DNA from: Chiloscyllium plagiosum
Taxonomy: Eukaryota
Length of the DNA: 62,343 bases
Direction: 5' to 3'
Assembly (NCBI RefSeq): GCF_004010195.1
Contig: NC_057719.1
Location: forward strand, 88,548,333 to 88,610,675
Both the position numbers and the translations under genes were made by a program. Below, in pieces: positions 13,958-25,974 of the stretch. How positions within the stretch are numbered: the first letter of the stretch is position 1; every line of letters begins with the position of its first letter. The notes beneath the pieces were generated by a model, which was not told where the DNA came from, did no database searches, and worked only from the letters and a program-made list of their open reading frames with translations.

Positions 13958-14251
13958 GCATGTCAGCACAGTGGTTAGTATTGCTGTCTCACATCATCAG
14001 GGACCCAGGTTCAATTCCAGCCTTGGGTAACTATCTGTGTGGAGTTTTCAAATTCTCCCTGTGTCTGTGGGTTTCCTCCCACAGTCCAAAGATGTGCAGG
14101 TTAGGTGGATTGGTCATGCTAAAGTGTCCAGGAATGTACAGACTAGGTGGATCAGCCATACAAAATGCAGATTTATGGGAATCGGGTGGGATGCTGGTTG
14201 ATGTGGACTTGATGGGCCAAATGGCCTGATTCCACACAGTAGGGAATTCTA
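13958..14251 (+). mobile_element. HE1-family SINE
   Basis: Head, V-domain and tail recognisable. Confidence 0.8.
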
Positions 14252-15074
14252 TAAAGAATCTGTCATTTTCATGTACGAGTAGCATCATCTTCCCTGTGGA
14301 TTAGTCAGTTTTGAATGTATTATTTTTCCAAACCTGGATTGGTAGATCAGGTACGTGAAGTCAAAGTAGATCTGATCTTGAACAGAGATGTACAGGAGCA
14401 TTACAGTCCATAGGCTGTCCCAGTGAAGGTGGGGTTTGTTACAAAGTCAAACTATCCAGAATGAGCAAGTTTCACTGATGTTCATCAAATTGGAACTGGA
14501 ACTAAAGTGGTCCAAGACAGAAATGGTGCAAGACAAACTTTATGGCATTGCATTTATGACCAATTAGATTACTTACAGTGTGGAAACAGGCCCTTCGGCC
14601 CAACAAGTCCACACCGAAGCGCAACCCACCCAGACCCATTCCCCTACATTTCCTTTGTCAGTGCTCTTGCTTACACTGTAGCTTCATAAATAACAACAGT
14701 AGGTTGAGCTACTGTTGAGCTAGGAACTACTCATGCTACTCTCCAAAACAGCGTCACATGATGATTTAAGATCCAGCTCAGAGGATTGTTGAGGATCCAG
14801 TTCACGGTTCACTAGGAAGGCAGGTACCTCAGCAGTGAAACACAATCAGGGTTGCACTGGAGCATCACCCTAAATAGTCTGTGCAGTGGAGTTGGAATGC
14901 ACAAGCCACTGTCTGAGAAGTGACAGTGTGCCTCTGAATGCTGGCTAGCACCTAAATAGCACATTCAGTACAATCAAGGGGGCAGCAATGCAGAGAATAG
15001 GCACTCTTGCATGGTGCTATATTGGGGGAGGACAAGAGTTGAATTGATATACTTCCTGCACTTGGATTAGATGT

Positions 15075-15499
15075 TTTAGATTACCTACAGTGTGGAAATT
15101 GCCTGTAGTGTTAGGTGAAGCATCAGAAAAGAAGGGCTCATGCCCGAAACATCGATTCTCCTGCTCCTTGGATGCTGCCTGACCTGCTGCGCCTTTCCAG
15201 CAACACATTTTCAGCCTTCAGCCCAACAAGTCTACACTGACCCTCCAAAGAGTAATCCACCCAGACCCATTTCCCTCTGACTAGCGCACCTAACACTACG
15301 GGCAATTTAGCATGGCCAATTCACCTGACCTGCACATCTTTGGATTGTGGGAGGAAACCGGAGCACCCGGAGGAAACCCACGCAGACATGGGGAGAATGT
15401 GCAAACTCCACACAGACAGTCACCCAAGGCTGGAATCGAACCTGGGTCCCTAGCACTGTGAGACAGCAGTGCTAACCACTGAGCCATCGTGCCACCCCC
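15075..15499 (-). mobile_element. HE1 SINE interrupted by a Penelope-like fragment (about 15127-15215)
   Basis: Tail at 15075-15097, body at 15216-15499. Confidence 0.8.
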
Positions 15500-16004
15500 A
15501 CTGCGACTATTTATGTACAGTTTGTAGAAACCTGGGAAAACCTTTCAAATGAACAGAGCGTTAAAAGAAGTCTGGCACTAATGAACTTCAGAGACAACGC
15601 ACTTGACCTTCTTTGAATAGTGTAGCTTTATGTTATGTTGAAGGGGCTATGTCACACCATAGCTGTGACAAAATGCAACCTGAAGTCATCCCTAATGCTC
15701 AGTAACTTTCTCAATATTAGTCAGGCCGTTGGGTCTGTAGTGTAGGACATGCAGTGAATGTGGAAACATTATTCGCCTTGGCACACCTTCAGGGATCGAC
15801 AAGATCAGTTTCTGTTAATCAATAGCTGTGGTTTTGTTACAGTGGTCCATCAGGAACTGTCTAACTGTTCTTGTTAATTAATGCTGATTAAGTGTTAATG
15901 TTATTCAAAGACTAATACAGTGTGCTAGGCTAAAGCTCTGGGATCATATTGCCAAATCCAACCACAGCAACTGAGGAAATTTGAATTTGATTGGTGTCAG
16001 TAAA

Positions 16005-16535
16005 AGACCACATGACCATAAGATATAGGAGCAGAATTAGGCCATTCAGCCCATCAAGTCTGCTCTGCCATTCAATCATGGCTGATAAGTTTCTCAACCC
16101 CATTCTCCTGCTTTCTCCCCATATACCTTAATCCCCTTAATACTCAAGAACCTATCTATCTCAGTCTTAAGTATATTCAATCACCCGGCCTCCACAGCCT
16201 CTGTTGCAATGAATTCCATAGATTCACTACTCTCTGGCTGAAGAAGTTTCTCCTTATCTCTGTTCTTATAGGCTTTCTCTTTAATCTAAGGCTATGCCCT
16301 CTGGTCCTAGTCTCTCCTATCATTGGAAACATCTTCCCAGCATCCACATTATCCAGGCCATTTAGTATTCTGTATGTTTAAATTAGATCTCCATTCATCC
16401 TTCTACATTCCATCGAATATAAACCCAGAGTCCTCAAACATTCCTGAGACCATTCTTGTGAATCTCCTCTGAACACGCTCCAGAACCAGTACATCTTTCC
16501 TGAGATACAGGGCCCAAAACTGTGTACATTACTCC
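16005..16535 (-). mobile_element. CR1-type LINE 3' fragment
   Basis: Reverse 3' UTR (accataagatataggagcagaattaggccattcagccc) and RT C-terminal remnants. Confidence 0.7.
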
Positions 16536-18099
16536 ATGGTGACCATGGGTGGATTGTAATAAAATCCTATCTGGTACATTAATGTTCGTTAGGGAAGGAT
16601 ATCTGCCCTCCTTTACACAATGGTACCTACATATGACTCCAGATCTACAGCAATGTGTTTGGCATTTAACTGCCCTCTGAAATGCCCCAGCATGGCACTC
16701 AGTTCAAGGGCAAAGGGCTGAATAACAAATGTTGGCCTTGACAATATCTCATGAAGGAATACATTTATAAAACTCTAAAGATTAGCCAGTGTTTGGAAGG
16801 TTTGTCTGGAAATCTGAAATAAAAACAGTAAGTACTGGAGAAACTCAACTGATCTGGCAGCATCTGTGGAGAGAGAAATGAAGTCTGTGAATCTGACAAT
16901 GACTCTGCTTTAGAACTGAAGGGAACTGGAAAGTGGTGTTTTTTTTATGTTGTTGACAAATGAGGAGGAGGAGCGAGTGGAACAGATTGTGAGGGTGCCC
17001 AGAACAAAAGACTAAGGAAGTACTAATAGGTGGCAAAGAAGTTATAGACATGTAAAATAGGTGTTAAGAATAGGTGAGAACGGAGAAAATTGTTTGTTTG
17101 AAGTTGCTCTGCCATTCTGTAAGATTGTGGCTCATCTGACAGCTTTTCGAATTCCACATTCACATCTATCCCTGAATGCATTGTGGTATTTAGAACGGGA
17201 GTTTCTCAACTGTGTTCAGAAACATTTGAAAACTGCCAATCTGAGTGGAAAAGAAAAGCAATTTTTAAACATGGGTACAGATTATGAAGTGGCCTTCGAG
17301 AAGTCTTAGATTTTAAATCTCCCGAATGACTTCCACTTTCTGTGATATTTGTAACCTCTTTTCCTCTTCAGATTGATAGGCCGTATGCCATCCTTGGCTA
17401 AGGAAGAGGTACAAGAATCTGTCCTCAGCCTTTCACTCACTCTACTATTTAACTGAAACCAGTCACAAGGTTGACTGAACCATTCTCAGAATCACAATTA
17501 CTAGGGCACAGAAAGAGGCCATTTGTCCCATCATATGTGCACCAGTTCTATGAATCTGTGCCAATCTCCTGCCTTTTCCCTATATCCTGCACACGATTTC
17601 TACCTCAATAATCACTCAGTGTCTTCTTAAATGCCCACGCCACATCTCCAGGCAATGCATTCCAAACTCTAACAGCACGCTGTGTGAAAAGATTTTTCTC
17701 ACATCATCCTTGCTTGAGTTGCACATCACTTTAAATCTATGCCCCCTCAATCATTTATTTTTATGACTTTCTCCCTATCCAGCCAATGTATGATTTTGTA
17801 AATCTCTATCAAATCATAATTAACCCTGCGCCCTGAATTCTGATAGCAGCTCTTGAAGAACTGTTTTGTAGGGTCTTAATAGATTGTTTAGCTCCCTCCT
17901 TAAAACCAGGAGCAAGGGAGTTAATCTGGAGAGAAGTGGTGAAACAAGTAAGGTGTGAAATAAAAATGAGAACAATTTGAGAATGAACCAAAAGTCATAC
18001 ATTCTAAAGTTGAACATTGATTAACCAGATTAGGTCATTTGGAAATGTTTAAAAGTTAGATGTACATTATGCTATGTCCTAGAGAAATATCAAGGTCTG

Positions 18100-18860
18100 C
18101 TGTAGACTCATTAATTAATTTGAGTAAACAGGTCAGGAAAATTACCTTTGGCTCCGCATGAAATTAACTTAGGGGATCAGCCTAAGAAGCATCCTTACAG
18201 ACTCAACTCAGAGAATTTATTCCAAGTGAAAGAAGAGATCAAGTTCATGATGGAAAATGACATGATGGAACCAAGTTCCAACATCTGGATCTCACCAACT
18301 GTAATGGTACTGAAACTGTATGACTCAGAACGTTTATGTATAGCTTATTGAAAAGTCAATGGGACAACAATGACAGATTCATATTTAGAGATTTTATTTT
18401 ATCAAAAGGAGTATCATCAAGTTGCAATGATCAATGCAACCACAGACATTTCACATTTTATAAAGTTTTGGATGGATCTTATCAGCGTAAGGTCATGCAT
18501 TTGGAATGAAAAATACAGTACTGACTTTCCAACAATGAATAAACAAGGTCATTGAAGTATTATGCTAATGTGGAGAAATTGAGGTCTGCAGATGCTGGAG
18601 ATCAGAGCTGAAAATGTGATGCTGGAAAAGCGCAGCAGGTCAGGCAGTATCCAGGGAACAGGAGAATCGACGTTTCGGGCATAAGCCCTTCTTCAGGAAT
18701 CCTGAAGAAGGGCTTATGCCCGAAACGTAGATTCTCCTGTTCCCTGGATGCTGCCTCACCTGATGCGCTTTTCCAGCAACACATTTTCAGCTATTATGCT
18801 AATGTGATCTATGTACTGGTGGTCCTCAGCCAGTGTTGGAAAGAACAGTAAACATGATTA
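18100..18860 (+). mobile_element. Decayed Ty3/Gypsy reverse-transcriptase fragment
   Basis: PKKHPYRLN...VKEEIKFMMENDMMEPSSNIWISPTVMV..K..D..RLCIAY*KVN..TMTDSY matches the Gypsy RT N-terminal motif pattern; in-frame stops present. Confidence 0.75.
18573..18791. mobile_element. Palindromic Penelope-like short element with hammerhead-ribozyme cores
   Basis: Near-perfect inverted repeat centred near 18698; 15-bp TSD tattatgctaatgtg (18558-18572 / 18792-18806); core ctgaaga-a-gggc-ttat-gccc-gaaac on both strands. Confidence 0.85.
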
Positions 18861-18881
18861 CAAATTACAATATACATTTTG

Positions 18882-19530
18882 ACACTGTACACTCACAGGT
18901 ATATACACACACTGTACACCCACAGATATAGACCCACAGATACACACACACTGTACACCCACAGATGTACAGACACAGATATGCATACACTGCACACCCT
19001 CAGGTAATTACACTTATATACTCACAGATATATACACACACTGTATATACAGATTTATACACATACTGTATACTCACAAATATATACACACACACATTGT
19101 ACACCCACAAATACACACACACAGTGCACCCATCGGTATATACACACGCTGTGTACCCATGGGCAGAGACACTCTGTACATCCACAGATATGCACACCCA
19201 CACTTACACCCACAGGCACACACACACTATACACCACAAGTATATACACATAGGGCAGAAGTGAGTATTGCAGATGCTGGAGATTAGAGTCAAGATTTAG
19301 AGTGGCATGGAAAAGCACAGCAGGTCAGGCAGCATCTGAGGAGCAGGAAAATAGATGTTTTGGGCAAAAGCCTTTCATCAGGAATGTGGCTCATTCCTGA
19401 TTAAGGGTTTTTGCCCGAAACGTCGATTTTATATACACAGGTTAATACACACAGACTGTATATCCACAGGTATATACACACACTAGATACCCTCAGGTGT
19501 ACACACTCAGACTGTATACCCACAGATTCA
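18882..19530. repeat. Degenerate CA/TA-rich tandem repeat (unit about acactgtacacccacagatatat)
   Basis: Repeated units visible directly. Confidence 0.85.
19255..19430. mobile_element. Penelope-like short element (partial palindrome)
   Basis: Same family motifs (gcagatgctggag, gcaggtcaggcagcatc, ...gcccgaaacgtcg) inside the CA/TA repeat. Confidence 0.7.
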
Positions 19531-19599
19531 CAAAACACCCATTTTATGTATACGATTTTCATGTTTGTGTGTTCACGGATGTACACACACACAATATGG

Positions 19600-20012
19600 C
19601 AGGCTGTGGTCTCTTTAAGAGATTTTTTTTCACTTGCCCACCCTCTGGTTGTTTGTTGAAAGAGGCGCCGCTTGGTTTTATTTTTTTTTGCTGACAGGAT
19701 GGTGACAGCTGCTGCCGCTCGGAGAGGCTGCGCATTGAGAGGGGGGCAGTAAACAAGCGGCTTTGCACTGAGCTGTTTTCATTCGCTTTCTCTCTCTCGC
19801 TCTCTCACTGTCTGGCCTTGGCAGCAGCTGCAGCCGCCGGGCTCCGGGAGGCAAAGGGCAGTGATGTGGAAGGTGGAGGGAGGATTGCACTGAGCTCAGT
19901 CCAATGCTGCCGGGGGCTGGCTGGGCTCTGACATAGAGAGAGAGAGAGGGGGAAAGGCTGGGGTTGGGCAGTGCGGAGCTGATTGTTGGAGAGAAGGTAA
20001 GGGGTTGCAACC
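19600..20012 (+). promoter_or_regulatory. GC/CpG-rich promoter or 5' UTR region of INAFM2
   Basis: Sharp rise in GC and CpG content versus flanks, (CT)n and (AG)n tracts, directly upstream of the ATG; no transposon sequence recognised. Confidence 0.55.
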
Positions 20013-20618
20013 ATGAAAGACAAGGATTTCATGCCTGACAAAGGCAGACCCGCCACCTTCACCGGAGACAAGAAGGCGAAGATGGCGGCAAAGACTAACA
20101 CCAAGTGGGTGAGACTGGCCACGGTGTTGGCGTACGTTTTGTCGGTGTCTCTGGCGGCGATCATCCTGGCGGTGTATTACAGCCTGATCTGGAAGCCGGT
20201 CAAACCTGCCGAGCCCAGCAGCAGCAGCAGCACCGTCGCTAACCCAACCGGGAGGATGCTGCTGCCAGACGCCGGCGGTGGTGGCCCTCCCACCGCCCCG
20301 CTAGGCGACCCTCGGACCCCGGCGCTCGGGGTGCAGCAGATGGGGGGAGCCACCGGTCACCGTGAAGGGCCGGAGGTCAGCCAAACCCCGTCCGGCCAGC
20401 AGCCCGACCCCGAGAGACAGCCGACCTCATACAACCTCCCGGGCAGCGGCAGCAGCCTAACGATGCGGAGCCTCCGAGCCACGCCGCTCACGCTCGCCCA
20501 AGCCCCGCCGGACCCCACCAAAGCCGGTTCTGAGAGCACCGACGGTCAGTCAGGTTTCTCCCAGTCGCCCCCACCCCAGACGGAGAATGAGACCCAGGAG
20601 GTGACGACCACACATTGA
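20013..20618 (+). CDS. INAFM2: InaF-motif containing transmembrane protein 2 (201 aa), single coding exon
   Basis: ORF begins MKDKDFMPDKGRPATFTGDKKAKMAAKTNTKWVRLATVLAYVLSVSLAAIILAVYYSLIWKP, recognisable as the vertebrate INAFM2 N-terminus with the InaF motif and one TM helix. Kozak context gcaaccATG, CpG-rich surroundings, low-complexity P/S/T/G C-terminus. Confidence 0.92.
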   Translation: MKDKDFMPDKGRPATFTGDKKAKMAAKTNTKWVRLATVLAYVLSVSLAAIILAVYYSLIWKPVKPAEPSSSSSTVANPTGRMLLPDAGGGGPPTAPLGDPRTPALGVQQMGGATGHREGPEVSQTPSGQQPDPERQPTSYNLPGSGSSLTMRSLRATPLTLAQAPPDPTKAGSESTDGQSGFSQSPPPQTENETQEVTTTH

Positions 20619-21565
20619 AAGCAGGCGGATCTTCCGAGTCCGGACTGTAAGTACTTTCTTGTAATAGCGCCGAGAACTTTTCAAAGAAGTTTCCCCCTCA
20701 AATCTGGGAATGGGAGGAGGGAGGGGGTGGAGGTCGATCTCTGGGCAAAACCCCTCGAAATTGACCGCGAACTTTCACTTTTTATAGTGGTTTCAGTAAA
20801 GATTACAGCCCCCTCCCTCCCCTTCACATACTTGGGACAACTTCACTCCCCATTCTCTCATTTTTTTTTCTCTGCATGTCTATACCCCTGTTCTTTGGGT
20901 TTAGATGAAAAAAAATGCATCGTTGCACAGAGGGAGAGAGTTGGGGGAAGTCGGCGAGAGAAAAAATGTACTTGTCATCAAAAGACAATTTCTAATTAAT
21001 TCTTTTCAAACTTTCTAAAAACAATAACACAGATTACATCATTCGTTGTTTGGTTGGGGAACAGTGATCTCCTTAGAGCAAGTTAGCATTAAAAATTGAG
21101 GTCATGGATTTTTCAGTACTTCTTCAGAGAGCCTGCACATGTTTTGGTTGGCACTGGGAATGGTGGGATTATTACGTGGCTAATAGAGGTATAAGGAGTT
21201 AGCTCTAGTTACGTTGAGCTCGGATAAATGTATTAGTGAAGGACTGTATTCTCATTCATTAGATTCTGGGTGTAACTTGTGATCCTTAATAGCAGTTATA
21301 CCATGCTCACTCCCAAATGAACATTTTAAGAACTGAGTCAGGGCTCATTTCTTGTCTAGAAATGAATAGCAATAACATTTTGACATAAAATTGCTAACAT
21401 GTTTTGAAAATGAAATGTTTTCCTGAACATATTTTGTTTGTCTGGATTGGGTAGGGGTTAGAGTAAAAGAGCTCAAGCCCTTTTGTTTAAAACTGAGTGA
21501 CTCTGTTTTGAAGAGTCACAATCACACAGCATGGACACAGACCCCTTACTCTGTCTCCCCTCAGA

Positions 21566-21745
21566 CAGTGAGGACTGCAGATACTGGAGATCAGAGTTGA
21601 GAATGTGTTGCTGGAAAAGCACAGCAGATCAGGCAGCACCCAAGAAGCAGGAAAATCGATGTTTCGGGCCGGAGCCCTTCACGAATTCCTGATGAAGGGC
21701 TCCAGCCCGAAACATCGATTTTCCTGCTCCTCGGATGCTGCTTGA
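21566..21745. mobile_element. Palindromic Penelope-like short element
   Basis: Inverted arms with ctgatgaagggctccagcccgaaac core near 21689. Confidence 0.75.
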
Positions 21746-22118
21746 CCCTCAGTCCAACCAGTTCATGCCGCCTATAATCCCAATCTAAACTAATCCCAAC
21801 TGCCTGCGTTTGGGCCATATCCCTCTAAACCTTTCCTGTGTGCCTATCCAAATGTCTTTTAAATTTGTAATTGTACCTACATCATCTACTCCCTGTTGCA
21901 GTTTATTCCACCACTGTCTGTGTGAAAAGGTTGCCCCTTAGGCTCCTTTTAAATCTTTCCCCCTCACCTTAAACTCATATCCTCTAGTTTTGAACTCCCC
22001 TACTCGAGGGAAAAGACCTTCACTATTCATCTTGTCTATGCCTTACATGATTTCATAAACCTCTAAGATCGCCCCTAAACCTCCTACGCTCCAATGAACA
22101 AAGTCCTAACCTAACCTT

Positions 22119-22327
22119 GTTAAAAATCACACAACACCAGGTTATAGTCCAACAGGTTTAATTGGAAGCACACTAGCTTTTGGAGCGACGTTCCTTCATC
22201 AGGTGATAGTGATGAAGGAGCATTGCTCCGAAAGCTAGTGTGCTTCCAATTAAACCTGTTGGACTATAACCTGGTGGTGTGTGATTTTTAACTTTGTACA
22301 CCCCAGTCCAACACTGGCATCTCCAAA
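22119..22327. mobile_element. Second-family palindromic Penelope-like element
   Basis: Long inverted repeat (aaaatcacacaacaccaggttatagtccaacaggtttaattggaagcacactagc and its reverse complement); core tgatgaaggagc..gctccgaaag; 15-bp TSD tcctaacctaacctt (22104-22118 / 22328-22342). Confidence 0.8.
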
Positions 22328-23507
22328 TCCTAACCTAACCTTATTTAACTTGAACCCTCCAATCCCAGAAACCTCTTGATAAATATTTTCTGAACCCTCT
22401 CCAGTTTAATAATATGCTTCCTACCGCAGGGTGACCAGAACTGTATGCAGTACTCCAAAAGTAGCCTCATCAACGTCCTATATAACCTCAACATGGCGCC
22501 CAACTCCTATACTCAATGTACTGACCAATGAAGGCAAGCCATGTGTGATGCACTATTTAAGGAACTATGTACCTGAACCCCTAGGTGTCTCTGTTTGACA
22601 ACACTCCACAGGGTCCTCCCATTAATTGTGTAAGGAAATTATGAAATTGAGATTATTGGCTTTGTGGGTCTGGAAGAGCTGCGGTATTTTTAAGGTGGTT
22701 ATTTGTCAATGGTAAGCAATATTTAAACATCTGCATAAAGTTCAGCTCTTGTTTGTTTCACCAAAATGCAATACCTCGAATTCATGTAAACTCCATCTGC
22801 CACTCCTCAGCCCACTGGCCCAGTTGATCCCATTGTAATCTTAGATAACCTTCTTCACTGTCGACGGCACCACCAATTTTGGTGTCATCCACAACTTACT
22901 TAACGATGCCTCCTAAATTCTCATCCAAATTGTTTAGATAAATATCTGCACCAGTTCTCAGAATAGGTAGCTCACTCGGTGTCATTGTCCAGTCTCCTAC
23001 CAATAATCTTGTAATTCAAAACAACCATCTAATTCCAATGCAAATACTATGTTCTGATTAGTACTATGTTCTGATTGACCTGGTTGTGCCTTGAGGGTTG
23101 GGTTCTTTTTCCATTTTGTTTCCTTCTTGATGATAACATTCTGGAAGAATAAATAATTCCCAAATAGGAAAGAAAACAAAAGAAAATCTGCACTTGCAGC
23201 TCCTGAGCACTCTTGGAGAACTACAATTACCTTTCCCTGTGGGAGTGGAGAGGTCAAGGTAGCCCAAGATATGAATATGTTTCTCAAACCTCCCCGCTCA
23301 TTGTGTGTTGTGGCCTGGATTTTTGTTTTGCAGCACTTTGGGTTTGGAGGCTGAAGGGGCTTGGGAAAATCTGGGGGCAGATGGGAGAGGGTACAAGGAG
23401 AGGGGGGGGGGGGGGGGGGGTGTCTTGCCAGAACTGTTCCCAATGCATTGCAAGGCAAGTTTCATGGGGACAGGCCAGTGTCGGGACTGGTGGACTGTTC
23501 CACACAG

Positions 23508-24181
23508 TGTCATGGACCAGACCAAACACCCTCAAAATATATTCAACAGAGTTGGTCTAGACTCTAATTTTTTTCTTATTTCAAAGGTGTAAGGTGTTGT
23601 ATTGCAGATTCAATTCAGTCGGTCAAACTACTCGACGTTGAACAAAACACACTTGATATTTTAATAGTGTAAAAATAGACAAAATAAAATTAAAAGAATT
23701 GGCTTAATTGTAATTCTATTGAAATGCTGAACAAAACAGTGGGTATGTTAACTGTTACCAATTAACTGATTCAATATAAGAACATCACATAAACACACCT
23801 TTGGTAAAGGCAAATTCAGAAAATTAGACTGTCCCGCGTAAAATTCTACAGATCAGTAGGAAAAACGTCAAGAGAAAACTGTGAGTGACTTTGTAGGAGG
23901 GAGAGATGTACTACAGCTCCAAACACAGCATCAAGACCCCAGCAACAACTGCTACTAAAAAACTAAACTAAACTAAACATCCTGGTTCTGTGGGAGCTTG
24001 ACCCCACCCATTCAGGCTGCTTCTATTGTTCCAACCTTAGGAAAAATGAAACTCAAGGCTACACAAGTTGTTTACTTTATGGCTTTTGAAGCAGACGAAT
24101 TGGCATCCCTGACCTCCACCTTCCTTCATTTAAAAGAAAAAACACAAAATAGACCTCTTAAAGACACAGTATTGTCGCACA
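23508..24181 (-). mobile_element. Putative solo LTR
   Basis: About 670-bp segment bounded by TGT...ACA with imperfect 4-bp flanks (acag/agag), distinct from the LINE/SINE families here. Confidence 0.4.
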
Positions 24182-24317
24182 AGAGTCTGTTGTGCAGCCT
24201 CCAGGATTCTTCCACCAGCACCCAGCTAGAGCAGGGGGAAACACTGAATGTAGTGGGCCTGGTATTCCCTGTAGCAGTCAGAGTGTCATCAAAACCAGTG
24301 TCTTCTTGCCCCAATAT

Positions 24318-24614
24318 GGGCGGCACGGTGGCACAGTGGTTAGCACTGCTGCCTCACAGCGCCAGAGATCCGGGTTCAATTCCCGCCTCCGGCGACTGAC
24401 TGTGTGGAGTTTGCACGTTCTCCCCGTGTCTGCGTGGGTTTCCTCCGGGTGCTCCGGTTTCCTCCCACAATCCAAAGATGTGCAGGTCAGGTGAATTGCC
24501 CGTAGTGTTAGGTAAGGGGTAAATGTAGGGGTATGGGTGGGTTGCGCTTCGGCGGGTCGGTGTGGACTTGTTGGGCCGAAGGGCCTGTTTCCACACTGTA
24601 AGTAATCTAATCTA
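24318..24614 (+). mobile_element. HE1 SINE, young near-consensus copy
   Basis: CpG-retaining head and V-domain, (aatct)n tail. Confidence 0.9.
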
Positions 24615-25649
24615 AATATCCTACCGGGCACAGGTGAGTGCTGTGGAGGCTGAAGGCCACATAGTTTTCAATCTTTGAACTCCCCGCCACATGCTATTCT
24701 GGTCATCTACTTGACTCAACAGTGCCCAGCTCTCTCGGTGGGGGCTTGTGAGGTTTCAGAGCTTCAATCGGTCCCGTAGCATTGGGAGCCCACTGACTAC
24801 ACAGGCAGGTGAATTCGAGAGCGGCCTCCAGGAAGATTGTGCCAACAGAAGGGCAGTTTAAAAAAATGGGCACAGCACTCCCATTCTGTCCCATTGTCGA
24901 GGTTCTGAGGTCTCTAGTAAAATACAGCTGGGTGTGCACATTCAGTCAGTCCATGTCTACTAAAGGCATTGTTAAAGTGAGTCCCACGTCCAGCAATGGT
25001 GGTGTCTCAAAAAGTTAAAAGAATAGAATACCAAATGGGTATAGAAATAGAAGGGTACAGTTTCAAAGTCAAAACAGAGAACAGTACAGAACAGGAGGAA
25101 GCCACTCGGCCAGTAACTGTTTACTGGCTCTTCCAAAGAGCAATCCAGTTTGACACATTCCTTGCTCACTCTTCATATGTTTGTAATTTTGTCTCCTTGA
25201 CGCGGAGGTTTGTACATTTCCCCCTGTCCGTGTGGGTTTCCTTTGGGTGCTCTGGTTTTGCCCCACAGTCTAAAGATGTGCAGTTTGGGTGGTTTGGCCA
25301 TGTTAAATTGCTGTGTAGCGCTCAGAGATATACAGGCTAGTGGTTTAGTCATGATGAATGCAGGATTACTGGTATAGGGTAATTAACTGGGTGGTTTGCT
25401 GTTCGGAGGGTTGGTGCAGACTCAGTGGGCTGAATGGCTTCTTTCTCATTGGGACTCTGATTCAAGTATTTCTTCAGTCCTTATTGTGGTGTTTGTGATC
25501 CATGTCTCTCTTTAAAGCATAAAGGTAGCAGTTAGTATGTAGTTAAACCTTCAAAACTACCCATCATTGGCTTATTTAATGAAATACAGACACATAGGAC
25601 AAACAGCTAACTGCCTAAGTAATAAAAATCAGGATTACTGTACTGGAGT

Positions 25650-25974
25650 GGGCGGCACGGTGGCACAGTGGTTAGCACTGCTCCTCACAGCGCCAGAGAC
25701 CCGGGTTCAATTCCCGCCTCAGACGACTGGTTGTGTGGAGTTTGCACATTCTCCCAGTGTCTGCATGGGTTTCCTCCGGGTGTTTCGGTTTCCTCCCACA
25801 GTCCAAAAATGTGCAGGGTAGGTGAATTGGCCATGCTAAATTGCCTGTAGTGTTAGGTGAAGGGGTAAATGTAGGAGAATGGGTTTGGGTGGGTTGCTGT
25901 TCTGAGGGTCGGTGTGGACTTGTTGAGCTGAAGGGCCTGTTTCCACACTGTAAGTAATCTAATCTAATCTAATC
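25650..25974 (+). mobile_element. HE1 SINE
   Basis: Full length with (aatct)n tail. Confidence 0.9.

Larger units (their letters stand above)
21510..22945 (-). mobile_element. CR1-clade LINE 3' region with nested Penelope-like elements
   Basis: CR1 3' UTR and RT motifs (reverse of SKFVDDTKIGGAVDSEEG at about 22850-22900). Confidence 0.75.

Noticed and set aside
18882..19530. CRISPR-like array or His/Thr/Tyr-rich protein
   Set aside because: Degenerate simple tandem repeat with no unique spacers, in eukaryotic context.
23401..23420. Poly-G run (and poly-C near 27854) as a functional G-quadruplex or Gly/Pro-rich ORFs
   Set aside because: Homopolymers with no other support; the overlapping ORFs show no recognisable homology.
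24318..24390. tRNA gene
   Set aside because: A/B-box-like head continues into the SINE body and tail, so it is SINE-derived.
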